Shown piece after piece: positions 11,432 through 21,295 of a DNA stretch of 64,000 bases. How positions within the stretch are numbered: the stretch's first letter is position 1; every line of letters begins with the position of its first letter. The notes under the pieces are model-generated. The model worked only from the letters and a program-made list of their open reading frames with translations. It did no database searches and was not told the DNA's origin. Source of the stretch: Thermoproteota archaeon (GTDB lineage: Archaea > Thermoproteota > Thermoprotei_A > Sulfolobales > Ignisphaeraceae); assembly GCA_030550585.1 (NCBI GenBank), contig JAUQPB010000001.1, positions 707,150 through 771,149 on the forward strand. The letters are read 5' to 3'. The translations under genes and the position numbers were made by a program.

Positions 11432-12663
11432 GGGCTGTGATAAGAAAGTCTATCATACGTGGAAAAGTCTCTGCACCACCATCGAAAAACTATGCAATTA
11501 GACTAGTATTCTCATCGCTATTCACAGACATTGCTCTTGACAACCTTATGCTATCTGACGATGTTGCAGACGCATTAGATGCTATATCTGTTTTTGGTGT
11601 TAGATTCGATGGGAGGAGATTCATAAGGCCAGAGAGAATTGCTCTGCACAGTGATAGGATATATTTAAGGGGTTCTGCAACTGTTTTAAGAATGCTGATA
11701 CCGATTGCAGCTGTTGTTGGTGGTAAAATCTATATAGATGGCGGTGAGTCGCTTAGGAGGAGGCCCATCAAGGCTGTGGTAGAAGCTTTGTCTAGCAGGG
11801 GGGTCGCGTTTTCAAATAATTCTCTGCCTACTGTAATTGAGGGGAGGCTTAGAGATACGTACATAGAGATTTCTGGTCATGAGAGTAGCCAATACATAAG
11901 CGGGTTTATGATAGCATTTGCTATGGTGGGCGGCGGGACAATAAAGATTATCCCGCCTTTGGCTTCAAGGAGATACGTAGAGCTGACGGCAGAGGTTCTA
12001 ACTGTCTTGGGGGTGGATGTCAAGATGTATGAAAATAGAATAGATGTTAATGTTGCTGAGAAGCTGAGGGGGTACACAGGTAGTGTGCCAGGCGACTACC
12101 TGTTAGCATCATTCTATGTATCCTCAGCCCTTTTGACAGGAGGTGAAATAGTTGTTGGCAACCTAGCTAATCTGGCTGGCGATGCAAAGCCCCATAGGGT
12201 GGTTGATGCATATAGAGAGATGGGTGGATATAGCCTGTACAGCAATGGGGTTTGGCATGCAAAAGCATCTGACGACTATTCGGGTATAAGAATCAATGTT
12301 TTCGATGACCCGGACCTAGCAGTGTCTATAGCGCCTCTAGCGGCTGTGGCAAGGGGTGAGACTGTTATCGAGGGTATAGAGAATTTGAGGATAAAGGAAA
12401 GCGATAGAGTCGAAACTATAGTGTCGACGCTTAGAGCCTTTGGCGTGGATGCGTATACAAGGGGCAACGCCATTCATATAATTGGTGGGGAGCCTCGCGA
12501 GACAAGCATCTATTGTCCTGACGACCACAGAATCGCCATGATGTTTGCAGCAATAGCCCTTAGGGCTGGGGGCTCCATAGACAAGGCTGAGTGTGTCAAT
12601 AAAAGCAATCCGGGCTTCTGGAGAGACTTAATATCGTTGGGTGGAAATATAGATGTGTTCTAG
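11428..12663 (+). CDS. aroA: EPSP synthase
   Basis: PPSK, SSQYIS, RIKESDR, DHRIAM, KSNPGF. Confidence 0.95.
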   Translation: MRAVIRKSIIRGKVSAPPSKNYAIRLVFSSLFTDIALDNLMLSDDVADALDAISVFGVRFDGRRFIRPERIALHSDRIYLRGSATVLRMLIPIAAVVGGKIYIDGGESLRRRPIKAVVEALSSRGVAFSNNSLPTVIEGRLRDTYIEISGHESSQYISGFMIAFAMVGGGTIKIIPPLASRRYVELTAEVLTVLGVDVKMYENRIDVNVAEKLRGYTGSVPGDYLLASFYVSSALLTGGEIVVGNLANLAGDAKPHRVVDAYREMGGYSLYSNGVWHAKASDDYSGIRINVFDDPDLAVSIAPLAAVARGETVIEGIENLRIKESDRVETIVSTLRAFGVDAYTRGNAIHIIGGEPRETSIYCPDDHRIAMMFAAIALRAGGSIDKAECVNKSNPGFWRDLISLGGNIDVF

Positions 12664-13306
12664 CAGGGTAGGTGCATCAACTAGACGCCCACTTGTTGTA
12701 GCATCTATTCCCATAAAAAGCCTAGAGGATCTCGAGACAGCTCTCTCAATCAGCGATGCAGACTATGTCGAGATTAGGCTAGACTACTTCGATAACCCTA
12801 GCAGTATAGACTACACCGTGTTCAGGGGTAGGAATGTCATAGCAACTCTCAGGGAGTACAGTGAGGGGGGTGCAAAAATATTTGATCCAGAGTTGAAGAA
12901 GAGGTTGATAAGGCTTTGGAGAGAACTTGGCATACTATACGATGTTGAAATAAGCTTTGTGGAGAGACATGGCATCGAATATGAAGACGCTATTGTGTCT
13001 ATCCATCTATTTGATAAACCGAGGTCGCTTCTCGAAATAAAAAACAGTGTAAAAAAGTATGTTGACAAGGCATTTGCTGTAAAGATAGCTACAACACCTT
13101 TCAAAGGCTATAAAAAGTTCTTGGCCAGCCTACTTGAGTTAGGCGACAACATAGCTGTTATGCCCATGTCAACAGACCCTGTAGAGAGAATAGCTTTCGC
13201 ATTACTAGGCTCAAAACTTGTCTACGGCTATGTGACAGAACCTACAGCCAAGGGTCAGATGCATTACAGAAAAATCCTAGAGATAATCAAAACTCTGTTT
13301 ACATAG
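12653..13306 (+). CDS. aroD: 3-dehydroquinate dehydratase type I
   Basis: EIRLDY, TLRxxxEGG, SIH, TAKGQ; position in the aro operon. Confidence 0.88.
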   Translation: MCSSRVGASTRRPLVVASIPIKSLEDLETALSISDADYVEIRLDYFDNPSSIDYTVFRGRNVIATLREYSEGGAKIFDPELKKRLIRLWRELGILYDVEISFVERHGIEYEDAIVSIHLFDKPRSLLEIKNSVKKYVDKAFAVKIATTPFKGYKKFLASLLELGDNIAVMPMSTDPVERIAFALLGSKLVYGYVTEPTAKGQMHYRKILEIIKTLFT

Positions 13307-13500
13307 TCGTTACCCACAGCACCAACCACATACGCTTCAACACCTAGACGAGCACACCCAACAGCCCGATTCGCCTCCTGCCCCAGATAAACAGCGTAGC
13401 CATCGCCAACAACAGTTTCATCTAGCCGCAGAAACCTCTTCACCTTAACATAGAAACCAGCGTGTATACTGCCGACAACAGCTAGCCCCTGCTCCTGCAA
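13295..13500 (-). pseudogene. N-terminal fragment of a PfkB/ribokinase-family kinase
   Basis: AVVGSI...ANRAVGCARLG...VGAVGND (degenerate PfkB signature 1); similarity stops at the aroD 3' end. Confidence 0.75.
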
Positions 13501-13586
13501 TAGCTACAGTTTTCTAGTCCACTAAAACATAAAGCAGATGTCTTGCAATCCAGTTAAACTGTTTTTTTATGGAGAAGATAATTCTT

Positions 13587-13614
13587 TGGCGTGGCGACCG
13601 GGATTTGAACCCGG
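13587..13614 (-). repeat. tRNA 3'-end remnant (T-arm, acceptor strand, CCA), att-like
   Basis: Reverse complement is CCGGGTTCAAATCCCGGTCGCCACGCCA; no 5' half present. Confidence 0.7.
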
Positions 13615-13909
13615 TTAGAACTGCTATACAATCAAAGTTCCTAGGATGTATGAGATCTTTACAAGAGCAAGCAATAAGGTTTTCTCAAAAGTTAAATGCT
13701 TTATTGTAGTCTACGACCCTAAGTGAGAATTTCTAGTTCATGCAAAGTTTTGTAATTTATCATGTCTTCTTAGAGAGAATGGTCTACCGTGGGAAAGAGC
13801 TAATGAAGAAAGACACTATGCCTCCTAGATCTAAAGAGGCGGATCTAAATGAATATAGGAGGTGTAGAGATGCTTAATCTATGGGATGACATGTCAAGGT
13901 CTCTCCAAA

Positions 13910-14146
13910 CTATTTAGCCCTCTTCTTTTTCTCAAACCTTTGTACTATTGGCATTACAATAGACATAAACGCTGCCCACACAAGGGCTTGAAGTATTGAG
14001 TAGTTGAGTGGCTGTGGCTCTATATACCTCACATAGTGTGGGAGAATACTTAATACTAGCACATAAACAGGAATTGCCACAATAAGACCGCTAATAAACC
14101 ACAAAACACATAATTTGATATATAATTTTAATTGAAAAAGCTTCAC
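13910..14146 (-). CDS. Small two-TM membrane protein with basic C-terminus (immunity-like)
   Basis: 78 aa, two hydrophobic segments, GAGGTG SD inside the upstream ORF end. Confidence 0.65.
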   Translation of the reverse strand: MKLFQLKLYIKLCVLWFISGLIVAIPVYVLVLSILPHYVRYIEPQPLNYSILQALVWAAFMSIVMPIVQRFEKKKRAK

Positions 14147-14147
14147 C

Positions 14148-14804
14148 TTACCACCTCAGCCAAGCGGGTAGCTTAGCGAATATCCTAAGACCACCAAGCC
14201 AACCACCAATTTTAGCGAGTAGAGGACCAGTAGCGGCGCCTATTGCAACATCTCTATCGTATTTTTTAATCAGGTCTCTAACATATATGCTTTTCTCAAC
14301 GTCTAGTCCGGTTGTTGGCTCGTCTAGTATTAGGAGTTTTGGTTTGGAGGCTAGAACAGTTGCGACGGCGAGTATTCTTTTCATGCCCTTGCTATATGTT
14401 CTAATAGGCTTTTTCAAAGTGTTTCCGAGATCGCATATTTTGGCAGCTTCTTCAACAGCTTCTTCAAGCTTTGTACCACCAAACCTCAGAGAAAGCATAA
14501 ACTTTATGAAGTCATAGCCAGTCAAATCTCTGTATGCACCAGCCTCTTCAGGCAGGTAGTTGATCATAGACCTAACACGAAGAGGCTCTTTAACAACGTC
14601 AACACCATAGACATAGACACTACCTCTAGTAGGCTTAATCAAAGTAGCTATAATCCTAAGAGTAGTTGTCTTACCACTCCCATTAGGCCCAACCAAAGCA
14701 TATATCTCACCATCGCCAACAGTAAAAGAAAGGCCATCAACACCTACAGACCCCCTACCATAGACCTTAACAAGATCCCTAACAACAACAGCAGACACAA
14801 CCAC
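14148..14804 (-). pseudogene. ABC transporter ATPase truncated before the H-loop and fused to a foreign Gly/Trp-rich tail
   Basis: Walker A GPNGSGKT, YSKGM, LILDEPT; no SSH switch motif; ends VAIGAATGPLLAKIGGWLGGLRIFAKLPAWLRW. Confidence 0.75.
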
Positions 14805-14899
14805 CCAAACAAAAGGCCGTCAAAACCCAGATAAACGGTTACAAAACACCAAACAACTGCCTAAACATCCCAAAACACAGATAGGCCAAATACATAACA

Positions 14900-15340
14900 T
14901 TAGCTAACACAATACTTTCTAGCCAACAATGTGAGGATGGCAATGATGGCCAGAAGAAGTGCAAATACGTAGACCAGGAAGACAATGATAGCAAAACTGA
15001 TATCTGTATTGAGTAGTCTCTCTAAAACTAGTTTCGCATACCATGCAAATTCAGGCGATAGTACGCCTGTAATAGGCACAACTAGTGTATATAGTTTGAA
15101 GCTGATCCTCATCACTCCAAGCCCACAAAATAATATAAATGTATATGCCATTGCTAGGGACATTAATAAAAGCACTGCAAACGCCACCCAATACCCAAAA
15201 GCCTTTATCAAAAGCAATGAAAACCAGGGAAGGGAAAACCCAACAGCCACAACTATTGCACCATCAATAAACAAAAGTAGGAGCACAATCTTCAAAGACA
15301 GCTCTTTCCCCGAAACCTGCTGCACCATACAATACATCAC
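14900..15340 (-). CDS. Hypothetical ~4-TM membrane protein
   Basis: Hydrophobic throughout; similar to the 15537..16019 product. Confidence 0.6.
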   Translation of the reverse strand: MMYCMVQQVSGKELSLKIVLLLLFIDGAIVVAVGFSLPWFSLLLIKAFGYWVAFAVLLLMSLAMAYTFILFCGLGVMRISFKLYTLVVPITGVLSPEFAWYAKLVLERLLNTDISFAIIVFLVYVFALLLAIIAILTLLARKYCVS

Positions 15341-15536
15341 CTAAATATTGAATATTAATAAAAAATTATTAAGTTCTTATCTCTGTCCCCTAGCCAAAGG
15401 ACATTGCTTTTACATACAAACCACTTGTTCTACCATGATTCACTGTATATATTGTCTATATTGTATTGTGCCACGACGCAAAAACCAAGATATTTATTTT
15501 TCGCTGGTTTGCTAACAAGAAATGTGATAGGTGTGG

Positions 15537-16019
15537 CTATGGGATGTTTTTGCGGTTTTGGCACACCGACAACTTTTTGAATATAAACACGAAGATCGTG
15601 TTCATCAGTATAAGAAAGGCGAGGAAGGGGGCCATAACAGTAAATGATTTGACAATGTCTTCAGCAAGGTCTTTGACGTCTGTGAGCTCCTCTAAGCTAA
15701 ATGTAACGCCATTCACAGCCACAACTGCTAATGCAAGAATGAGATACTCCACAAAATTACTTATTTCGAGTGTGAAAGGTTGACAAAATGCTGAAACTGC
15801 TACCAACAATGCAAGTACATACATCAATGACATGGCCAGGAACAGCATTATCAAAAACGTTGGCCAAGAACCCAAAGAATCGATAAGTAAATAGATAAAC
15901 ACCCTTGAAAATAAGACAATTGCTATAAACAATGCAGCGGCGATCAACACAACACCAAGCAACTTAATCTCTTTATTTTTAAGAGGTTGCCGAGCCATAA
16001 ACAACACCAAAAAAGTCAA
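15537..16019 (-). CDS. Hypothetical ~4-TM membrane protein (paralog of 14900..15340)
   Basis: Shared pattern LLI-x2-(F/L)G-x-W-x2-F...Y. Confidence 0.6.
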   Translation of the reverse strand: MTFLVLFMARQPLKNKEIKLLGVVLIAAALFIAIVLFSRVFIYLLIDSLGSWPTFLIMLFLAMSLMYVLALLVAVSAFCQPFTLEISNFVEYLILALAVVAVNGVTFSLEELTDVKDLAEDIVKSFTVMAPFLAFLILMNTIFVFIFKKLSVCQNRKNIP

Positions 16020-16034
16020 TTAAAAATAAAATTT

Positions 16035-16712
16035 TTAAGTTTTTGTTGTTTTGTTTTTGAACCAGTAGTTTGCTAGTGTGAAGACATAGCTATATCCGCT
16101 TCCATCTGGTGTTAGTTCGCCGATTGTAGTAACATATATTCTGTGGGTGGTGCTAACATTTCTGGTTAGCCCTATCAGGATGTAGTTGGCTATACTGTCG
16201 CTATAGTTTGCCTTCACCTCTCTCCAGTACATGACTGTGTTGCTGTCAATGCTCTTGTTGTATACTGGGCCTAGCCACAGACTCCAGCTGCTATCGTTAG
16301 ACATGTATTCGAGTCCCATGAACAGACTGTTGTTGACATATATGTATATGCCTGTACTGTTAGAGACTGTAGAGACGTTTAGCTGCCCAGATCTAATCTC
16401 GTTTCTTATGTCAATAGCGATCTTAGTTAGATTCAGCACCAAGTTGCTGTCTAGATAGGGCTGGTTGACGAGAGCCATAGAGCCGTTTCTATAGATGTAT
16501 AGTGTGTGGAAAAGCTCATACCTCTCAACCTGGTCTAGAGGCATGTTGCTCAAAGCCATAGCCAAAATCGATAACATTATAAGCTTGAATTCGTCAGACC
16601 CATCGTCAGCTCTAACAACTCTGAAGACAGCTGACACTGGAGCTAGGCTATAGATTGTTATGGCTACTGCAACCACTATTGCTATTGATTTGAACAACAG
16701 ATTTCTACTCAT
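16035..16712 (-). CDS. Secreted, probably glycosylated hypothetical protein
   Basis: ATG at 16712 with a GGTG SD, signal peptide MSRNLLFKSIAIVVAVAITIYSLA, many N-x-S/T sequons. Confidence 0.65.
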   Translation of the reverse strand: MSRNLLFKSIAIVVAVAITIYSLAPVSAVFRVVRADDGSDEFKLIMLSILAMALSNMPLDQVERYELFHTLYIYRNGSMALVNQPYLDSNLVLNLTKIAIDIRNEIRSGQLNVSTVSNSTGIYIYVNNSLFMGLEYMSNDSSWSLWLGPVYNKSIDSNTVMYWREVKANYSDSIANYILIGLTRNVSTTHRIYVTTIGELTPDGSGYSYVFTLANYWFKNKTTKT

Positions 16713-17559
16713 TTGAAACACCAAAGAGTGGTAGGAGTATCCTCGATATATATATCGCTCAAAAAAGAGTTGAAACAAACACGAAAAACAATTGAACAAC
16801 ACAAAACATAAACATATAAAGAGTATTACTGCGAGATAATATGGCGCTAGAATAGATATGTTAGCTGCATCGAATCTTTGTACATAGCACTAGCTATAAT
16901 TATGTATTTACATTGGCGAGTCATCGGCAGGTGTTTGCAATTTGTGCATACCTAGGCTACGTTAAAACAGGTGGAAGTGGAGGATATATATCAACAGCAT
17001 ACCACGGATAGCCAAAGCATTATTCTTTTTACTTTGATCGGTGCACCAACCTTTTTTTAAGTTTTTAGCCAGCTTAGCTATTCGCGCCTTAGCTTCCCCA
17101 CCCTTACTGCTTGTACGCATCATATGTTTAATTAAATTAAATCTTTTGGAATTTACTAAGGCCTTGAAGAATCTAAGAAAACTCCTTTAGAGTACATGTT
17201 GATAATGCATATTACTTCTATTAGCCATAGGCCTAGCCTATGCTTCGACATTCAATGTGTTGATAAGGATGTCAGGCAACATATTAGGTTAACGACCTAG
17301 CTGCAAAAGAGCCAAAACAGTACTTAGGGTCTTCTAGAGCTGTCTCAGCCACCACCATCCATAATCCTTTGACAGCTGCTTTCCTTGAGATTCTGTGTGT
17401 TCCTGGTGGCCGGGGTCTACTCACCTTCTAGACCTTTTGAAGTTGGATAGTCTGAGAGAAGTCGATATGGGTACCCCCACGCAGTGTCCACAGGAAAAAT
17501 TAAGAGTCTTTGTGTAGTCGCAACGCATTAATGGGAGCCATCTACATGTTTGATGGATA

Positions 17560-17575
17560 AGCAAAACTTATATAG
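17560..17575 (+). promoter_or_regulatory. Probable BRE/TATA promoter of the trp operon
   Basis: A-rich BRE-like run plus TTATATA at 17568-17574, ~50 nt upstream of the trpB start. Confidence 0.5.
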
Positions 17576-17621
17576 GACTTATCACTAAGGATAGCTATCT
17601 TGAGGGGTTGAACATGAGCCA

Positions 17622-18917
17622 ATGGTAAATAACCTAGATCTTATAAAATATAGAGATGAGATTCTACCAAAGTATTGGTATAACATAATCCCTGATTTGC
17701 CAAAGCCGTTGCCGCCTCCGATGGATCCAAAAGACGGGTTCTCAAGAATAGAACTGTTGCAGAAGATACTGCCGAGAGAGGTTCTCAGACAGCAGTTCAC
17801 TGTCGACAGATTCATTAGCATTCCTGATGAGCTTCTAGAGAAGTACACTATAGTTGGTAGGCCAACACCGATCTTCAGGGCTATTGGTCTAGAAAAGTAT
17901 TTGGATACCCCGGCGAGGATCTACTTCAAGTATGAGGGGGCTCTTCCAACAGGCTCTCACAAGATAAATACTGCTATTGCACAGGTTTACTATGCTTATA
18001 GCGATGGTGTAGAGGGGGTTACTACAGAGACTGGCGCTGGTCAGTGGGGGTCTGCTGTAGCTCTTTCAGCGTCTCTCTATGGGCTAAAGTCATTTGTGTT
18101 TATGGTGAGGGTTAGCTATGAGCATAAGCCCGGTAGAAGGGGTCTTATGGAGTTCTACGGCGCTGAGGTGATTCCAAGCCCATCTAATTTAACTAGATTT
18201 GGGTCTGAGTTGCTTAAGAAGGATCCCAGCAACCCTGGTTCGCTTGGCATAGCCATTAGCGAGGCTATAGAGTATGCCCTTGACCACGGCTATAAATATG
18301 TCATGGGAAGTGTGATGGATGTTGTCCTACTGCATCAAAGTGTCATAGGGCTAGAGGCTATGAAGCAGATGGAGATCATTGGTGAGGAGCCAGATGTTAT
18401 AGTTGGTTGTGTTGGTGGTGGAAGCAATTTTGCTGGCCTTGCCTATCCGTTCATAGGTCTTAGGGGGAAGGGGAAAAGATTTGTTGCTGTAGGCTCGGCG
18501 GAGGTTCCAAAGTTTAGCAAGGGTGTGTACAGATATGACTACCCAGACGCTGCCGGCATTCTGCCAATGCTGAAGATGATAACACTTGGGAAAGACTTTG
18601 TCCCACCACCTATATACTCTGGTGGCCTGAGATACCACGGTCTCGCACCATCGCTTAGTCTGCTGGTTAAGGAGGGTGTTGTCGAGTGGGTTGAGTATAG
18701 AGAGCCAGAGATATACAGGGCTGCAGCAATATTTGCTAGAACACAGGGGATTGTGCCAGCACCAGAGTCTGCACATGCTGTAAAGGCTGTTATAGACATT
18801 GCTCTAGAGGCTAAGAAAAGGAATGAGAAGACTGTGATACTATTCAATATGAGTGGCCATGGACTGCTCGACATAGACAACTACAGGTCTATGATGATGA
18901 GGTATGGAAGGCTGTAG
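17622..18917 (+). CDS. trpB: Tryptophan synthase beta chain, TrpB2 type, operon-linked
   Basis: [44 protein letters not shown]. Confidence 0.93.
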   Translation: MVNNLDLIKYRDEILPKYWYNIIPDLPKPLPPPMDPKDGFSRIELLQKILPREVLRQQFTVDRFISIPDELLEKYTIVGRPTPIFRAIGLEKYLDTPARIYFKYEGALPTGSHKINTAIAQVYYAYSDGVEGVTTETGAGQWGSAVALSASLYGLKSFVFMVRVSYEHKPGRRGLMEFYGAEVIPSPSNLTRFGSELLKKDPSNPGSLGIAISEAIEYALDHGYKYVMGSVMDVVLLHQSVIGLEAMKQMEIIGEEPDVIVGCVGGGSNFAGLAYPFIGLRGKGKRFVAVGSAEVPKFSKGVYRYDYPDAAGILPMLKMITLGKDFVPPPIYSGGLRYHGLAPSLSLLVKEGVVEWVEYREPEIYRAAAIFARTQGIVPAPESAHAVKAVIDIALEAKKRNEKTVILFNMSGHGLLDIDNYRSMMMRYGRL

Positions 18918-18943
18918 CGAGGAAGAGGACTGGTGGTCTGTCT

Positions 18944-19675
18944 ATGAAGAGGATACTCGTAGCTTATACCACACTTGGCTATCCATCAAAAGAGAGGTTC
19001 CTAGAGTTTGTTTCAAAGGCTGGGAAATTTGGCGTAGACTATCTAGAGATTGGCATACCCCCAAGCTTTGCAAAATATGATGGGCCTGCTATTAGGAGAA
19101 GCTATGAACATGTCAAGAAACTTGGCATAGACACTAGAGAAGCTCTTAGGGCTGTAGCTAAAAATGCTAGTGCACCCATTATAGCATTGACCTATCTAGA
19201 CGACTATGCAACTGTGCTAAACAGATTTGCTGAAGAGTTGAGCAGTATCGGTATAGAGTATCTTCTTCTGCCAGATCTGCTAATAGACTATCTAGACTCC
19301 TACAAAGAGGTTCTAGAGACTCTTAGAGCCTGTGGTGTGAAGCCCACACTATTTGTATCGTCTTCAATGCCCGATAGACTCATAGAGGAGGTTTCGAAGC
19401 ATTCAGAGCCGTTTCTATACCTCGGCATAAGACCGGCTACAGGTATTCCGATTCCCGTTGACCCTGTTGTCGTGGTCAGAAGGGTTAGAAAACTTGTTGA
19501 CAACACTCTCGTTGTCGGCTTTGGGCTATCTATAGACGACATAGCTAATGCTGTGAACGCTGGGGCAGACGGTATTGCTGTTGGGACGGCGATTATAGAG
19601 GCTATTGAGAGGGGTGGTATTGAGGAGGCATTCAAGTTGTTGACCAAGCTTAGAGGTGTCCTCAATGAGCTATAA
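18944..19675 (+). CDS. trpA: Tryptophan synthase alpha chain
   Basis: LEIGIP..AKYDGPAI, VVGFGL, GADGIAVGT. Confidence 0.9.
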   Translation: MKRILVAYTTLGYPSKERFLEFVSKAGKFGVDYLEIGIPPSFAKYDGPAIRRSYEHVKKLGIDTREALRAVAKNASAPIIALTYLDDYATVLNRFAEELSSIGIEYLLLPDLLIDYLDSYKEVLETLRACGVKPTLFVSSSMPDRLIEEVSKHSEPFLYLGIRPATGIPIPVDPVVVVRRVRKLVDNTLVVGFGLSIDDIANAVNAGADGIAVGTAIIEAIERGGIEEAFKLLTKLRGVLNEL

Positions 19676-20699
19676 CACAGCTCTTAGAAGGGTTGTGGAA
19701 GGCTATAGCCTGTCTGAGGAAGAGGCTAGAGAGCTGGCAACAGGCATAATAAACGGTGCAATACCAGACGTCATCGTATCGGCTATTCTAGTCGCTTTGC
19801 GAATGAAGGGAGAGTCGCCTGAGGAGATCGTGGGGTTCGCCAAGGCTATGAGGGAAAAGGCTCTGAGGATAGAGGCTAGCCATGCAATAGATGTTGTTGG
19901 CACAGGTGGGGATGGGATCGGCACACTAAATGTTAGCACAGCCACAGCCATTCTAACATCAATTGTTCATCCAGTTGCCAAGCACGGGAATAGAGCTGTT
20001 AGCGGTAGAAGTGGTGCAGCAGATGTTCTAGAGGCTCTTGGCTATAGAATCGATGTAGAGCCTCAACAGGCTGCAGAGCTTCTAAGAAAAACGGGGTTTG
20101 TATTCCTATTCGCCCCTAGGTATCATCCGGCAATGAAAAATGTTGCGCCAATTAGAAAGGCGCTGGGGATTAGAACGATATTCAATGTTCTTGGCCCCTT
20201 GACCAACCCCGGTGGCACTAAGAGACAGGTTATAGGTGTGTTCTCAAACAGCTTTGCAAGGACTGTTGCTAAAGCTGTTCGAAGGCTGGGCTACGAACAT
20301 GTTGTGGTGGTACATGGAGAGCCTGGGATGGATGAGGTTAGCCCGGCTGGGAAGACACATGTATACGAGGTTAGAGGAGACAAGGTGGAGTACTACACTG
20401 TTGAGCCAGAGGACTTCGGTGTTAGCAGAATATCGGTGGAGAGGCTAATTGTGTCAGATCCCACAGAATCTGCTGTAAGGATATTGAGGGCTTCGAAAGG
20501 TCTTGACAAATATGCTGAGATTTTCATAAAGCTGAACACGGCATTCGCTCTATATGTAGCACATGTTGTTAGAGATCCTAGAGACGGTTTTGAGTATGCA
20601 GATCAGCTTTTGCCGATGCTAGTAAATAGGATTGAAAGTCTCGTAAAATACAATGGGGATGTACGGAAATTCGAGGAGCTGATGAGGATGATACAATGA
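19665..20699 (+). CDS. trpD: Anthranilate phosphoribosyltransferase
   Basis: GTGGD, NVST, KHGNR, FLFAPRYHP, GPLTNP. Confidence 0.95.
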   Translation: MSYNTALRRVVEGYSLSEEEARELATGIINGAIPDVIVSAILVALRMKGESPEEIVGFAKAMREKALRIEASHAIDVVGTGGDGIGTLNVSTATAILTSIVHPVAKHGNRAVSGRSGAADVLEALGYRIDVEPQQAAELLRKTGFVFLFAPRYHPAMKNVAPIRKALGIRTIFNVLGPLTNPGGTKRQVIGVFSNSFARTVAKAVRRLGYEHVVVVHGEPGMDEVSPAGKTHVYEVRGDKVEYYTVEPEDFGVSRISVERLIVSDPTESAVRILRASKGLDKYAEIFIKLNTAFALYVAHVVRDPRDGFEYADQLLPMLVNRIESLVKYNGDVRKFEELMRMIQ

Positions 20700-21295
20700 G
20701 GGTAAAGCTCAAAATATGCGGTGTTGCAAACATCGACGACGCTATTGAAATTGATAGAATTGGCGTTGACTTCATAGGGATGGTAACAGATCCGATAAGC
20801 CCTAGGTACGTGCCGGAAGACATCGTTGCAGAGATTAGGAAACATGTCTCTACACCAGTTGTTAGTGTAAAGGTCCGCGGATCTCCTGCGGAACTCGCCA
20901 ACAGCTTTGCCGATTACGTGCAGGTGCACAGAGTTTTGAGTATCGACGAGCTTGAGGAGCTTGCAAGCTTCAATTCAAAAAGGTTTATACTATATGTTCC
21001 CGCATCCCTCGACTACATAGACTATCTCAAAAAGGTTCAGAAATACTTCGACCTAGTACTGTTTGACTCTCCTGCCAAGGGACAGCCAAGCGATCCGAAG
21101 GTGCTGAAGACCCTTCTCGACTATCATCCAGGGGCTGGTGTGGCGGGTGGCATAACTCTTGAGAATGTTCATCTCTACCTAGCTTTGGAGCCTGGCTGGA
21201 TAGATGTGTCGAGTGGTGTGGAGGTTAGACCCGGTAAGAAGGATTTGGACAAGGTTAGAAGATTGAGGGAGGTGGTCTACAAGTGGAGGTTATGA
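20696..21295 (+). CDS. trpF: Phosphoribosylanthranilate isomerase
   Basis: KICG, QVH, AGGI, DVSSGVE..PGKKD. Confidence 0.92.
   Translation: MRVKLKICGVANIDDAIEIDRIGVDFIGMVTDPISPRYVPEDIVAEIRKHVSTPVVSVKVRGSPAELANSFADYVQVHRVLSIDELEELASFNSKRFILYVPASLDYIDYLKKVQKYFDLVLFDSPAKGQPSDPKVLKTLLDYHPGAGVAGGITLENVHLYLALEPGWIDVSSGVEVRPGKKDLDKVRRLREVVYKWRL

Noticed and set aside
17395-17517. 40-codon GTG ORF with tandem Trp codons (VCSWWPG...) upstream of trpB as an attenuator leader
   Set aside because: No SD, it lies upstream of the likely trp TATA box (17568), and no terminator/antiterminator pair is visible; more likely chance or a gene remnant
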